Shown: in pieces, positions 1 through 8,606 of the stretch
Layout of the letters: the number at the start of each line of letters is the position of its first letter
Position numbering within the stretch: position 1 is the stretch's first letter
Origin: Pseudomonadota bacterium
GTDB taxonomy: Bacteria; Desulfobacterota; Binatia; UBA9968
Length of the DNA: 64,000 bases
Assembly (NCBI GenBank): GCA_021324155.1
Contig: JAJPJQ010000051.1
Coordinates: 199,293 to 263,292 of the forward strand
Reading direction: 5' to 3'
Position numbers and translations under genes: made by a program
The notes under the pieces: model-generated
Database searches by the model: none
The model's input: the letters and a program-made list of their open reading frames with translations, nothing else
What the model was told of the DNA's origin: nothing

Positions 1-760
1 GCTTCCCGACTGGGAGCTTTTTGATCGCGATGTCGGCCGCCTCCTCGGGCTTCTCGCGGATGAAAACCAGGGACCGCATCATCGCGCGCAGCCAGCGCTT
101 GATCTCGCCAGGCCGCTCGGCGATCTTTTTATCCGTCGTGAGAAATCCCTGAAATGGATAGGGAAATAAATCGCCGATGAAGGCCAGCGTCCGCAGCCCC
201 TCGCTCTCGCCGAGGATCGCCTCGTCGCCGTTGACGACCGCTGCGTGGACCGCGCCCGATTTGAGCGAGAGAAAGGTCGTGAACGTGTTGCGCGACGGCA
301 TCGCGACGCGCGTCATCTCGCGCGCGCCGACGCCGTGCTTTGCCGCCACCAGCGTGATCAGCGTGTCTTGCGTGTCGCCGATCGTGCCGACGGCGATGCG
401 CCGCCCCTTCAAATCGGAAATCTTATGCACCTCGGGTGCGCCGAGCAGATACCATGTGACTTTTTCGGTCTGAAACATGACCGCCTTGATCGGCGCGCCG
501 CGGAGCGCCGCGCGCATGCCGCTGCCGCCGGCGCCGCTGTAGTCGACCTCGCCGGACACGAGCGCGGCGATCGCCGTCGAACCGGGAATAACGATCGTCT
601 CGTTCTCGAGCCCCTCGTCGCGGAAAAATCCTTTCACCTCTGCGACGGGCACGGATAAATAATTCAGCGTCGCGCGCGGCGTGATCGTCCGGACCTTCTC
701 GGCCGAGGCGGTCGCGGCGATGAGGCTCAGTAAAAGAATAACGAGCAGCGGTAGCGCCAT
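1..760 (-). CDS. ABC-type substrate-binding protein, NMT1/THI5 (SsuA/TauA-like) family; C-terminus cut by window edge
   Basis: Not in ORF track because it runs off the window. Minus-strand translation from ATG at 758-760 gives MALPLLVILLLSLIAATASAEKV... with a signal peptide and clear similarity to the paralogs at 761..1717 and 2180..3160. Its start abuts the stop of the upstream paralog. Confidence 0.55.
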   Translation of the reverse strand, partial: MALPLLVILLLSLIAATASAEKVRTITPRATLNYLSVPVAEVKGFFRDEGLENETIVIPGSTAIAALVSGEVDYSGAGGSGMRAALRGAPIKAVMFQTEKVTWYLLGAPEVHKISDLKGRRIAVGTIGDTQDTLITLVAAKHGVGAREMTRVAMPSRNTFTTFLSLKSGAVHAAVVNGDEAILGESEGLRTLAFIGDLFPYPFQGFLTTDKKIAERPGEIKRWLRAMMRSLVFIREKPEEAADIAIKKLPVGK

Positions 761-1717
761 CTATTTCGTCCTCTCCCGGCGAATCTCCTCGAGCAAGCGG
801 AAATCGACCATTTTCGTGAGCGGTATCTCACCCATGCCTTTTTCCGTCCGCCGGATGATATCTGCGTGCACCTTCATTGCCGCCTCGCTCGCCGCACCGT
901 CTTTGCTGATCGAGCGCAGCACCGACGCGTAGGATTCTTTCGCCACCGTGGGATCGAGCTTCCATTCACGCTCGACGATTGCGACCGTTTCGGCCGCTTG
1001 CTCGCGCGCGAAGATAAGGGCGCGATAGAGTGCGCGCAGTAGGCGCTTTACCTGAGCGCGTTCACTAGATAATTTTTTCTCGGTCGTAGCGAAACCGTTG
1101 CTCGGGAACTCGATCGCGTCGCCCAGGAACAAAAGCTCGTTGAACCCCTTTTGCTTCAATAGCACGTTGTCCGGCGGATTAGCGATAGTCGCGACGACCG
1201 ATCCGGACATGAGCGCCGCAATGCGCGTCGACGGGAGCCCGATCATGATCAGCACCACGTCGCGATGCGGGTCGAGGCCGTTCTTGCTCAGCGCGACGCG
1301 CGCGGCGAGATCGGTCGTGCCGCCGAACCGGCTGATGCCGACGTATTTGCCTTTGAGCTCGGCGACCGAGCGGATCGACTGCGCCGACATGAGAAAATAA
1401 TTCGGCAGCGCCGCGCCGAAAAAGATCGTCTTGATCGGCGCGCCTTTGGCGGCGAGTCTCAGCGCCGAGTCCGCCGCGCCGTGATAGTCGATTTCGCCCT
1501 GGAAGAGCGCGTTGTGGGCGATGTCGGGAAGCATGAGGACGACTTCGAGATCGATGTTCTCATCTTTGAAAAAGCCGCGGTTGAGCGCGACATAAAGCGG
1601 CAGGTAGCCCAGCGACTTCGACGGCAGCGCGAGTTTTACGCGCTCGGCGAAGGCGATTTCAGGGAGTGAGATTAAAAGAAGTATCAGGAATGCCCGCAAC
1701 GGGGTGGCTTTGAACAT
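761..1717 (-). CDS. ABC-type substrate-binding protein, NMT1/THI5 (SsuA/TauA-like) family
   Basis: 318-aa ORF with an N-terminal signal peptide (MFKATPLRAFLILLLISLPEIAFA). Carries the SsuA/NMT1-type motifs (GYLPLYVA..GFFKDEG, ELKGKxVG) shared with at least 8 paralogs in the window. Confidence 0.7.
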   Translation of the reverse strand: MFKATPLRAFLILLLISLPEIAFAERVKLALPSKSLGYLPLYVALNRGFFKDENIDLEVVLMLPDIAHNALFQGEIDYHGAADSALRLAAKGAPIKTIFFGAALPNYFLMSAQSIRSVAELKGKYVGISRFGGTTDLAARVALSKNGLDPHRDVVLIMIGLPSTRIAALMSGSVVATIANPPDNVLLKQKGFNELLFLGDAIEFPSNGFATTEKKLSSERAQVKRLLRALYRALIFAREQAAETVAIVEREWKLDPTVAKESYASVLRSISKDGAASEAAMKVHADIIRRTEKGMGEIPLTKMVDFRLLEEIRRERTK

Positions 1718-1763
1718 CGGAGCGAATGTTGGCAGGTAGGCCGCTTTACGTCAATACAAAGCG

Positions 1764-2177
1764 CTACTCTCTTAAGTAGCGTTTTTTCCCGGAGAGAACT
1801 CCGACTATAGCGGTTTTGAGAGCCTCAAGTCGGGGATGTACCCAAGTTTCCAAAGCAACCAAGCCGCCACCCATTCCGCCTCCGATTACCTCACCGACAT
1901 GATGTCTTTCGAAGCAAACGCGGGACATATCCCAATCATTGTTGGGCCACTCCATTTCATCGATATCCCTCAGAAGTCTCCGCAGTGTTTCCTCGGAACA
2001 TGCAACGTCCGAAGCCCTGGCGACGACATAAATTTCTCCACCTTCATCACCTTCCAAAATAACTACACCGTCCGCATCTCGTTGTGCCTCGGATAATGAG
2101 GCGAACGTGTGATGTTCGACGCCGTCAGCTTCGGCAATTAAGCTGAGCAGAGGACTGTCGATTTCTTTTTTCGACAT
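1764..2177 (-). CDS. hypothetical acidic protein (low-GC singleton)
   Basis: 137-aa ORF with no recognisable family. Local GC (~50%) is clearly below the flanking genes. Wedged between two substrate-binding protein genes. Confidence 0.4.
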   Translation of the reverse strand: MSKKEIDSPLLSLIAEADGVEHHTFASLSEAQRDADGVVILEGDEGGEIYVVARASDVACSEETLRRLLRDIDEMEWPNNDWDMSRVCFERHHVGEVIGGGMGGGLVALETWVHPRLEALKTAIVGVLSGKKRYLRE

Positions 2178-2179
2178 TA

Positions 2180-3160
2180 CTATCTCCCCACTCCCAGCTC
2201 CTTCTGCACTTCCCGCAGCACGGAGAAGTCCACGACCTTATTGATCGGCGGCGGGTCTTTGAGCTGCATCGGCGCGGTGATCGTAAGCTCGATGTTTTGC
2301 TTGAGCGATTCCTCGCTCGCGCCGCCGGGATCGCGCGGATCGATCGCGCGCACGGACACCGCCGACGCGCTCTCGGCGACGTCGCGCGGGTGCTTGAACT
2401 CGCGCATCGCGATCTTGATCGTCTCCTCGCGGTTCTTCAGCATGAGCTGGAGCGAGCGCACCATCGCTCGCGTCCAACGCTTGATCTTGCCGCGCTCGTG
2501 TGTGAGCTTGGCTTCGCTCGTCGCGTAGCCCGCCCACGGCCACGCGCCGATATCGGCGAGCGACGCCAATTCGGTAAAGCCTTTTTTCTTTAAAATAAAC
2601 GCGGCGTCTGGATTGAACGCGCGCGCCTGGATGATTCCCTGCTGCATCGCCTGGACGGCGGTCTCGGCGCCGCCGGCGGAAAAATAGGTCACGTCCTTTT
2701 TGGGATTCAGACCGTAGTGCTCGAGCACCATCGCCGAGGCGATCTCGGTGCTGCCGCCGGGCGCGGTGATGCCGATCACTTTGCCCTTTAAGTCCTGTAC
2801 GCGCTTGATCTCGGGCGCGCCCACCAGAACGAACGTGCAGCGCTGGTGCGTGAAGAAGATCGCCTTCAACGGCGCGCCGCGGGTCGCCGCGCGCATCGCC
2901 GAGCCGGCGGCGCCGGCGACGTCGATCTCGCCGGCCATGAGCGCCGTCACCACGACGTTGGTGTTGACGACGAGCCACTGCACGTCGAGCCCTTCGTCCT
3001 TGAAGAAGCCCGCGCGCATGCCGACGAAGAGCGGCAGGTAGCCGTAGTCTTTGGTCGAGAGCGCGACGCGGATGCGCTCGAGCGCCGAGGCGGCGCGGGC
3101 CGGAGCGGAGGCGAGCGCGACAAGCGCGAGCGCGGCGGCGAACGCTGCGAGAAATTTCAT
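2180..3160 (-). CDS. ABC-type substrate-binding protein, NMT1/THI5 (SsuA/TauA-like) family
   Basis: ORF 2180..3271 trimmed to the internal Met at 3158-3160 (MKFLAAFAAALALVALASAPARA signal peptide). The upstream 37 codons lack protein-like character. Paralog of 761..1717. Confidence 0.7.
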   Translation of the reverse strand: MKFLAAFAAALALVALASAPARAASALERIRVALSTKDYGYLPLFVGMRAGFFKDEGLDVQWLVVNTNVVVTALMAGEIDVAGAAGSAMRAATRGAPLKAIFFTHQRCTFVLVGAPEIKRVQDLKGKVIGITAPGGSTEIASAMVLEHYGLNPKKDVTYFSAGGAETAVQAMQQGIIQARAFNPDAAFILKKKGFTELASLADIGAWPWAGYATSEAKLTHERGKIKRWTRAMVRSLQLMLKNREETIKIAMREFKHPRDVAESASAVSVRAIDPRDPGGASEESLKQNIELTITAPMQLKDPPPINKVVDFSVLREVQKELGVGR

Positions 3161-3167
3161 GCAGCCT

Positions 3168-3584
3168 TTAGTGCCGCGCGGGAAAGTGGAGCTCGAGATA
3201 GTTGCCCTCGGTATCGAACATATAGATCGTCTTGCCGCTCTTGCGCTCGACGATGCGGTGGAATGTGCCAAGCTCCTTCGCTTTCCTGAGCGCCTCCTCG
3301 TAATCGCGCATGTCCATGTCGAACGCCTGGTGCGCGATGCCGTCTTGGTCGAGCGCGTCGCGTTCGAGCGGCCGCGGCCGCTCGAACAGCACGACGTCGC
3401 TATCGCCGCAGCGCAGCCGGTCGAGGCGCTGGTACTTGCCGTGAATCTCCAGCGCGTCGGGATTGTTGGGATTGCCGCCGACGCGGTCCATGAACTGCAG
3501 GCCGAGCACGTTGACGTAAAAATCGCGCGCGCGGTCGATATCGTCGACCGGAATTCCGACGTGATACAGGCTGGTTACTTTCAT
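3168..3584 (-). CDS. VOC-family protein (glyoxalase/bleomycin-resistance/dioxygenase fold)
   Basis: 138-aa ORF. The N-terminal motif (LYHVGIPVDDIDRARDFYVNVLGL) is typical of the glyoxalase I/VOC fold. Confidence 0.65.
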   Translation of the reverse strand: MKVTSLYHVGIPVDDIDRARDFYVNVLGLQFMDRVGGNPNNPDALEIHGKYQRLDRLRCGDSDVVLFERPRPLERDALDQDGIAHQAFDMDMRDYEEALRKAKELGTFHRIVERKSGKTIYMFDTEGNYLELHFPARH

Positions 3585-3593
3585 GAGCGCCTC

Positions 3594-4601
3594 CTATTGT
3601 TTCAAGAACAGCTTGGCGTATTCCTTGCGCTTCTCGGCGAAGCCGGCGGTGTCGAGCTCGTCCATCTCGATCTCCTGAATGTTATCGGCGCCGTCGAGCG
3701 GCGGGTAGATTCCCTTGCGCGTAACGAACTCGCCGAGCCGCGCCATGCCCTTCATGCTCTCCTCGCCGAGAAAAAAATCGATGAACGCTCTCGCCGCATT
3801 CGGCCGCGCCGCCTTGCTGTCGACACCGATGTAGTGGCCGTGCCCCAGCATCTTGGTCTCCCGCACGTAGTCGAGCGGCGCGCCCTTCTGCGCGAACGCG
3901 ACGACGTACTTCAAATAGCTGATGCCGAGCGGCGTCTCGCCCGTCGTGACGCGCTCGGCGGCGTTGAGCACGCCTTCGACGATCGCCGGGCGCGTCGCCG
4001 CGAAATCGCGAATGAATTTCTCCGCCTTGTCCTTGCCCATCAGCTTGTAGAGGCTCGCCGGCCAGCTCGCGGCGATGACGCCACGCGTCGGGTCGGGCAT
4101 GGCGACCTTGCCGCGAAACTCGGGCTTGAGCAAATCTTCTAGCGACCGCGGCGCCGCCTCGGGCTTGATGATGCTCTTGTTGTAGATCACGCCGACGACG
4201 CCGGTGCGGTAGCGCGGCCCGAGCACCGGATGAACGATGTCCGGCGCGAAATCCTTGCTCGCGGGCGAAATGTATTTCTGGAAGACGTTTTCCTTCAGCA
4301 TGATCAGCATCGGCGTCGAGTTGGTCACGATGACGTCGGACTGAACTTTATTCGAGCGGTGCTCGCCGATCGCGCGGTCGGTCAGCGAAGCGGCCGACGC
4401 GCGCCAGTAATCGACGGCGATGCCGGTTTTTTTCTCGAAGGCTTTCTTGATGTCGTCGAAGATATCGGTCTCGAGCGAGCCATAGATGACGACACGCCCT
4501 TCCTTCTTGGCGTCGGCGAGGAGCCTCGCGTCCTGCGCGAAGACGATTCGCGGGAGACAAAGAAGGAAAGCGGCGATCGCCGCCAAAACGCGCAAGCTCA
4601 T
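3594..4601 (-). CDS. extracellular solute-binding protein, family 1 (Fe3+/polyamine-type PBP2)
   Basis: 335-aa ORF with a signal peptide (MSLRVLAAIAAFLLCLPRIVFAQ). VVIYGS..DIF..KKAFEKKTGI and later motifs match the AfuA/PotD-like family-1 binding-protein architecture. Confidence 0.55.
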   Translation of the reverse strand: MSLRVLAAIAAFLLCLPRIVFAQDARLLADAKKEGRVVIYGSLETDIFDDIKKAFEKKTGIAVDYWRASAASLTDRAIGEHRSNKVQSDVIVTNSTPMLIMLKENVFQKYISPASKDFAPDIVHPVLGPRYRTGVVGVIYNKSIIKPEAAPRSLEDLLKPEFRGKVAMPDPTRGVIAASWPASLYKLMGKDKAEKFIRDFAATRPAIVEGVLNAAERVTTGETPLGISYLKYVVAFAQKGAPLDYVRETKMLGHGHYIGVDSKAARPNAARAFIDFFLGEESMKGMARLGEFVTRKGIYPPLDGADNIQEIEMDELDTAGFAEKRKEYAKLFLKQ

Positions 4602-4602
4602 G

Positions 4603-6444
4603 TCATTCCCCGCCCTGCGCCCATTCGTCGAACTCTTCCAGACCGAGGCGCTGCAGCGTGTCCCTGAACGGCCGGCCGCTGCGCTCGTGGCGGCCGGTCA
4701 GGCGGTAGTATTCGAAAATCAAATCGGGCAGCCACTTCGCGATCGTGAAGCCCTGATATTTTCCATCCGGGATCGGCTCCAGAAATCGCGGCCCGACGTT
4801 CTTCCAGTCGTCGTCGGCGATCCAGCCGCGCTGCGTCGCGAAGATGCTCTGGAGCATCACGCTGCGATGGCCGGCGGCCATCGCGTCGTCCATTGTAAAA
4901 TTCCAGCCGGTGACCGCGTTCAGCGCGTCGATGACGCAGGTAAGGCCATCGGGCTTGTGGTGCGTCAGCGCGAACCAGCAGCCGCCGAAAATACCGGTGA
5001 ACTGCCGGTATTGCTCCGACAGCATATGCGAGCGCGCCCAGCCGTCGGGCGCGTTGTCGTCGAGCGGTCCCCATTTTTCCTTGTCGCGCAGGTCCGGCGG
5101 CGGCTTGGCCGAGCCGCCGCCCTGTGGCTTCATGCCGCCGGAAGCGACCAGCTCGCGCAGCATCTCGCCGAGCTTCGGACGCCACTCGTGCATCGCCGGC
5201 GTGCCGCCTTTGGTGTGCACCGCCCAATTCGGCGCGTCGCCGCCGATCGCCTCGGCGGTCTGCTTCGGCCCTTCGGCGAGGAGATTGCCGAGCCAGCCCT
5301 CGCGGCGCGCCGCCATGTCGAGCAATTTCTCCACCGCTTCGGCGTTGCCCCATTCGAGACGCAAGCCGTTCGTCTGCTCCGGGCCGAGCAGCCCCTTTTC
5401 CCATGCCTCAAAGGCGACGCCGGCGCCGCACGAAAAGTGGCTGCACTCGATGCCGAGGTCGTTGATCTTCTCGGCGAGATAGAGCGCCGCGTTTCCGCGC
5501 ACGCCGAGATTGAAAAACGTGTCGAGCCATTCGCCGCCCGCGTTGAAACGGACCGTGGTGCCTTTGTAAGGGCCCTCGCCCAGCTTCGCATCCCACGGGC
5601 AGAGCCGCTGGCATTGAAAGCACGGGCGCAGCACGACGTCGTTCTTGTCGAAACCCGCGATATGGCTCGGGTCGAGCTCGGTGCTGCGCCAGTTGTAGTT
5701 ATTGAGCGCGCCCCAAGCGTCGCCGTGGCCGTACTTCGTCTTCTTTTTCTTGACATCGTGCGGTTGCAGGACCGAGCGCCAGCGCTGCCCGGCGTCGATG
5801 AGCTTTGCCTTATCGGCGAGCCGCGGGCGCGCCGTGCCGCTGACGACGATCGCCTTCAATTTTTTCGAGCCGAACACCGCGCCGCCGCTGTGCGCCGCGA
5901 AATGATTGTAGTCGTTCGCCAGCATCGCCGCGCGGTTGAGATTTTCGCCGGCCGGCCCGATGCAGAGGACGCGCGCGTCCTTGATGCCCACTTCCTCGCG
6001 GAGCGCGTCCTCCGTCGCGCGCGTGCCGAGTCCCCAGACTCTGGAGGCGTCGCGCAGCTCAGCGACGCCGTCGTGGATGTAAAGATAGCTGGGGCGCGAA
6101 GCGGCGCCGCTCAGAATGATGCCGTCGTAGCCCGCGGCCTTGAGATAGGTGCCCCAAAAACCGCTCGTCGCGCCGCGCCCGAGCGAATAGTTCGTCAGCG
6201 GGCTCAGATAGACGGCCGTCATCTTGGTGCCGCCGGGCGTGAAGCCGTTGCCCGTGATGGGCCCGGTCATCAAAACGACCCGGCTCTCCGGGTCGAAGGG
6301 CTTCGCGTCGACCGGCGTTTCTTTGAGCAGGATATAGGTCGCGAGCGCCTGGCCGCCAATAAATTTTTTTAAGACATCGTTTTCCGGCAGGTTCTCGTCG
6401 CTGAGCTCGCCGGACGTGAGGTCCGCGCGGAGGATTTTCCCCAT
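4603..6444 (-). CDS. aldehyde:ferredoxin oxidoreductase family (tungsten/molybdopterin) enzyme
   Basis: ORF 4603..6495 trimmed to the internal Met giving MGKILRADLTSGE..., a typical AOR N-terminus. Contains a CxxCxxxC cluster (RPCFQCQRLCPWD) and ~610 aa length. Antisense ORF 4486..6372 rejected. Confidence 0.8.
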   Translation of the reverse strand: MGKILRADLTSGELSDENLPENDVLKKFIGGQALATYILLKETPVDAKPFDPESRVVLMTGPITGNGFTPGGTKMTAVYLSPLTNYSLGRGATSGFWGTYLKAAGYDGIILSGAASRPSYLYIHDGVAELRDASRVWGLGTRATEDALREEVGIKDARVLCIGPAGENLNRAAMLANDYNHFAAHSGGAVFGSKKLKAIVVSGTARPRLADKAKLIDAGQRWRSVLQPHDVKKKKTKYGHGDAWGALNNYNWRSTELDPSHIAGFDKNDVVLRPCFQCQRLCPWDAKLGEGPYKGTTVRFNAGGEWLDTFFNLGVRGNAALYLAEKINDLGIECSHFSCGAGVAFEAWEKGLLGPEQTNGLRLEWGNAEAVEKLLDMAARREGWLGNLLAEGPKQTAEAIGGDAPNWAVHTKGGTPAMHEWRPKLGEMLRELVASGGMKPQGGGSAKPPPDLRDKEKWGPLDDNAPDGWARSHMLSEQYRQFTGIFGGCWFALTHHKPDGLTCVIDALNAVTGWNFTMDDAMAAGHRSVMLQSIFATQRGWIADDDWKNVGPRFLEPIPDGKYQGFTIAKWLPDLIFEYYRLTGRHERSGRPFRDTLQRLGLEEFDEWAQGGE

Positions 6445-6635
6445 ATAGCCGCCGGGCAGCGGCGTGCTCCGCGTCCGCGGAAAGAGATCGCTCATCGCAA
6501 CTGAAAATAGGAAAACAGAGGGGTGGCGTCAAGGGCGCGCAAGCCACGAAGCGAGGGGGCATGGGGCGTGAGTAAGATACGGAGAAAATCCCCCCGAAGC
6601 TAATCTTTTATGTCGGCTCGCGCCTCGCGGCTTGT

Positions 6636-7109
6636 TTAGGCCAGGGACGCTCTCGCGGCATCCAGGCGCAGCGCCTCGACGCGCGCGCGCTGATCGGACG
6701 CGCGCGCCGCGAGATCGTCGTAGTCGACACCGCGGAGGGCCGGCGCCGCTACGGCGGCGGCGCTGAGCGCCTGCCAGAGCGCGAGCTTCCCGTGGATGCC
6801 GAGCGCGACGGCTTCGAGACTCTCCAGACGCCGCAGCGGCCCGCTGCTTTTATCGTCCGCGCGCATTTTGAGCCGCGCGCCTTTCTCCGCGATCCACGCG
6901 CTCGCCTTCCGCGTAGCGCTCTCGGCGACGCCGAGCTCGCGCATCAGCTCTCGCAGCTTGTTTCGATCTTCCTCGATTTCAGCGCGCAATTCGGCCAGCG
7001 CCGGCGCGATGTCCTCGGCCGTCGCTTCGAGGTCTTCGAGATGCTGGATTGCGATGGCGGCGCCCGCCAGGTGATCGTTCAGATAAGTCGCTAAATGTTC
7101 TTGCGCCAT
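6636..7109 (-). CDS. hypothetical helical protein
   Basis: 157-aa ORF in the local gene orientation with high GC3. No family recognised from sequence alone. Confidence 0.45.
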   Translation of the reverse strand: MAQEHLATYLNDHLAGAAIAIQHLEDLEATAEDIAPALAELRAEIEEDRNKLRELMRELGVAESATRKASAWIAEKGARLKMRADDKSSGPLRRLESLEAVALGIHGKLALWQALSAAAVAAPALRGVDYDDLAARASDQRARVEALRLDAARASLA

Positions 7110-7177
7110 AGCCCCTCCCGCGGAGGTTCTATGGAAAGTGTAGCACCGGCAGGCGAAACGAGAAGGCGTGTTATTTA

Positions 7178-7456
7178 TTATCCATCCAGGAGAATGCGAT
7201 ACGAGCCGTGGATCGCCTGTAGCCTGTCGCTTTTCGCGTCCCAGACCGACAATTCAAGCTCGCGCAGCCGCGCGGCGCGTTCTTTCACTTTGTCGGTTCT
7301 GCGAAGCTCCGGGTCCGTGACTAATGCGTAGGCGCGATCCAGAGCGATTTTACGATATCCGAGGGCTCGCCTGCATAAACCGGCGCAGCCATCAAATATA
7401 GCCCGAGGAGGATGCGGGACAAGCGAATAAGCTTCATTGCCGAAGCCTATTAACAC
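7178..7456 (-). CDS. hypothetical small protein (doubtful)
   Basis: 92-aa ORF in a lower-GC 400-bp gap. Same orientation as the neighbours but with weak coding character. Confidence 0.2.
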   Translation of the reverse strand: MLIGFGNEAYSLVPHPPRAIFDGCAGLCRRALGYRKIALDRAYALVTDPELRRTDKVKERAARLRELELSVWDAKSDRLQAIHGSYRILLDG

Positions 7457-7507
7457 AGGGAGGAGTAAATCGGCAACCGCTTAAAAGACGGTGAAATTTA
7501 TTTTTTA

Positions 7508-8500
7508 TTACGCTTTGATCTCGATCAGCACCGCCTCCGGATCGGCGCCGTAGCGCCATGGGAGGCCGACGCTGCCGAGGCCCCGCGAGACAAGCAGGAG
7601 CGACGAGCCAAAGGCGTAAAGCCCTTCGTCGAGGCAGAAGTGGCTCTGGCGGACCATCGGCGGGCCGTATTTGAAGCGGATCTGCCCGCCGTGCGTGTGG
7701 CCGGAGAGAATCAACGGCACTTTGCGTGCGGCGGCCTGGTAGAACAGATCAGGATGATGCGCGAGCAGCAGATGCGGCGTTCCATGCGCAGTCGTCATTA
7801 TATCCCAGTCCGGCTTTCCCATGACGTAATCGTCGATGCCGCCGAGGACGAACTTGCCGTGGCCGTGGCGCACCTCGACCGCGGCATTTTTGAGCGTGCG
7901 GATACCGATATTCGCTAGCCGCACGCGGATCTTGTCCGCGTCGCCGCCGAAATAATCGTGGTTGCCGTGGCAGTACCACGCTCCGAGCGGAGCTTGCGAA
8001 AGCGGCGCGAGCGCGGGGATGAAGCCGTCCAAATCGCTCGCCTGCGCCGTTACGATGTCGCCGGCGATCGCGACGAGATCAGGCTCGAAGTCCATCAGGC
8101 CGTCGACGATATCTGCGACGATCTCCGGCTTCAAAAACGTTCCGGTGTGAATGTCGGAAAGGAGCAGCACGCGTAGTCGCGGCATCTCTTTCGGCCAGCC
8201 GAGCGGCTTGAGCGACGCCTCCGCGAGGCCGAAGCGGCGCGGCAACAGCCAGGTGTACGGGTGCCAAAGGCCCAACAGATGCGGAAAGACATAGCGCGAC
8301 ACGTAGCGGTCGATCGCGCGCTCGAAAATCTTGAAGAGGCCTTTGTTCGGATCGAGCCAGCGGCGCTCTCTTCCGGTCATCAGCTTCGGCGGCTTGAGCG
8401 TGCGGCGGCGGGTAATGCGAACTGTACGGTGGTCTTCCTTCTCGGGGAATTTTACTGCGAGCTGGTCGTCGACTCTCATCTCAGCACGATTTTGCCGCAA
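7508..8500 (-). CDS. metallophosphoesterase (calcineurin-like phosphoesterase, YkuE-like)
   Basis: 330-aa ORF with the canonical phosphoesterase motifs (LSDIHTG, AIAGDIV, GNHDYF, SGHTHGGQ). Confidence 0.7.
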   Translation of the reverse strand: MRQNRAEMRVDDQLAVKFPEKEDHRTVRITRRRTLKPPKLMTGRERRWLDPNKGLFKIFERAIDRYVSRYVFPHLLGLWHPYTWLLPRRFGLAEASLKPLGWPKEMPRLRVLLLSDIHTGTFLKPEIVADIVDGLMDFEPDLVAIAGDIVTAQASDLDGFIPALAPLSQAPLGAWYCHGNHDYFGGDADKIRVRLANIGIRTLKNAAVEVRHGHGKFVLGGIDDYVMGKPDWDIMTTAHGTPHLLLAHHPDLFYQAAARKVPLILSGHTHGGQIRFKYGPPMVRQSHFCLDEGLYAFGSSLLLVSRGLGSVGLPWRYGADPEAVLIEIKA

Positions 8501-8606
8501 ATCGGCCGGTGAGACAACGGGGTAAAAGGGAAAAAGTGGTAGCGTGGACGATTTTTTTCGGCGCGCAGCGTGCGCCTCGGGAAAAGTCGCTCCCTGAAGT
8601 GCTCAA

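Noticed and set aside
2238-2978. 246-aa and other ORFs (2846..3289, 3051..4142) overlapping SBP/VOC genes
   Set aside because: Shadow ORFs in alternative frames of well-supported genes.
4486-6372. 628-aa plus-strand ORF (and 4598..5404, 5130..5756 minus-strand frames) overlapping the AOR gene
   Set aside because: The minus-strand frame at 4603..6444 has unmistakable AOR-family similarity including the Cys cluster. The others are Arg/Ala-rich shadow frames.
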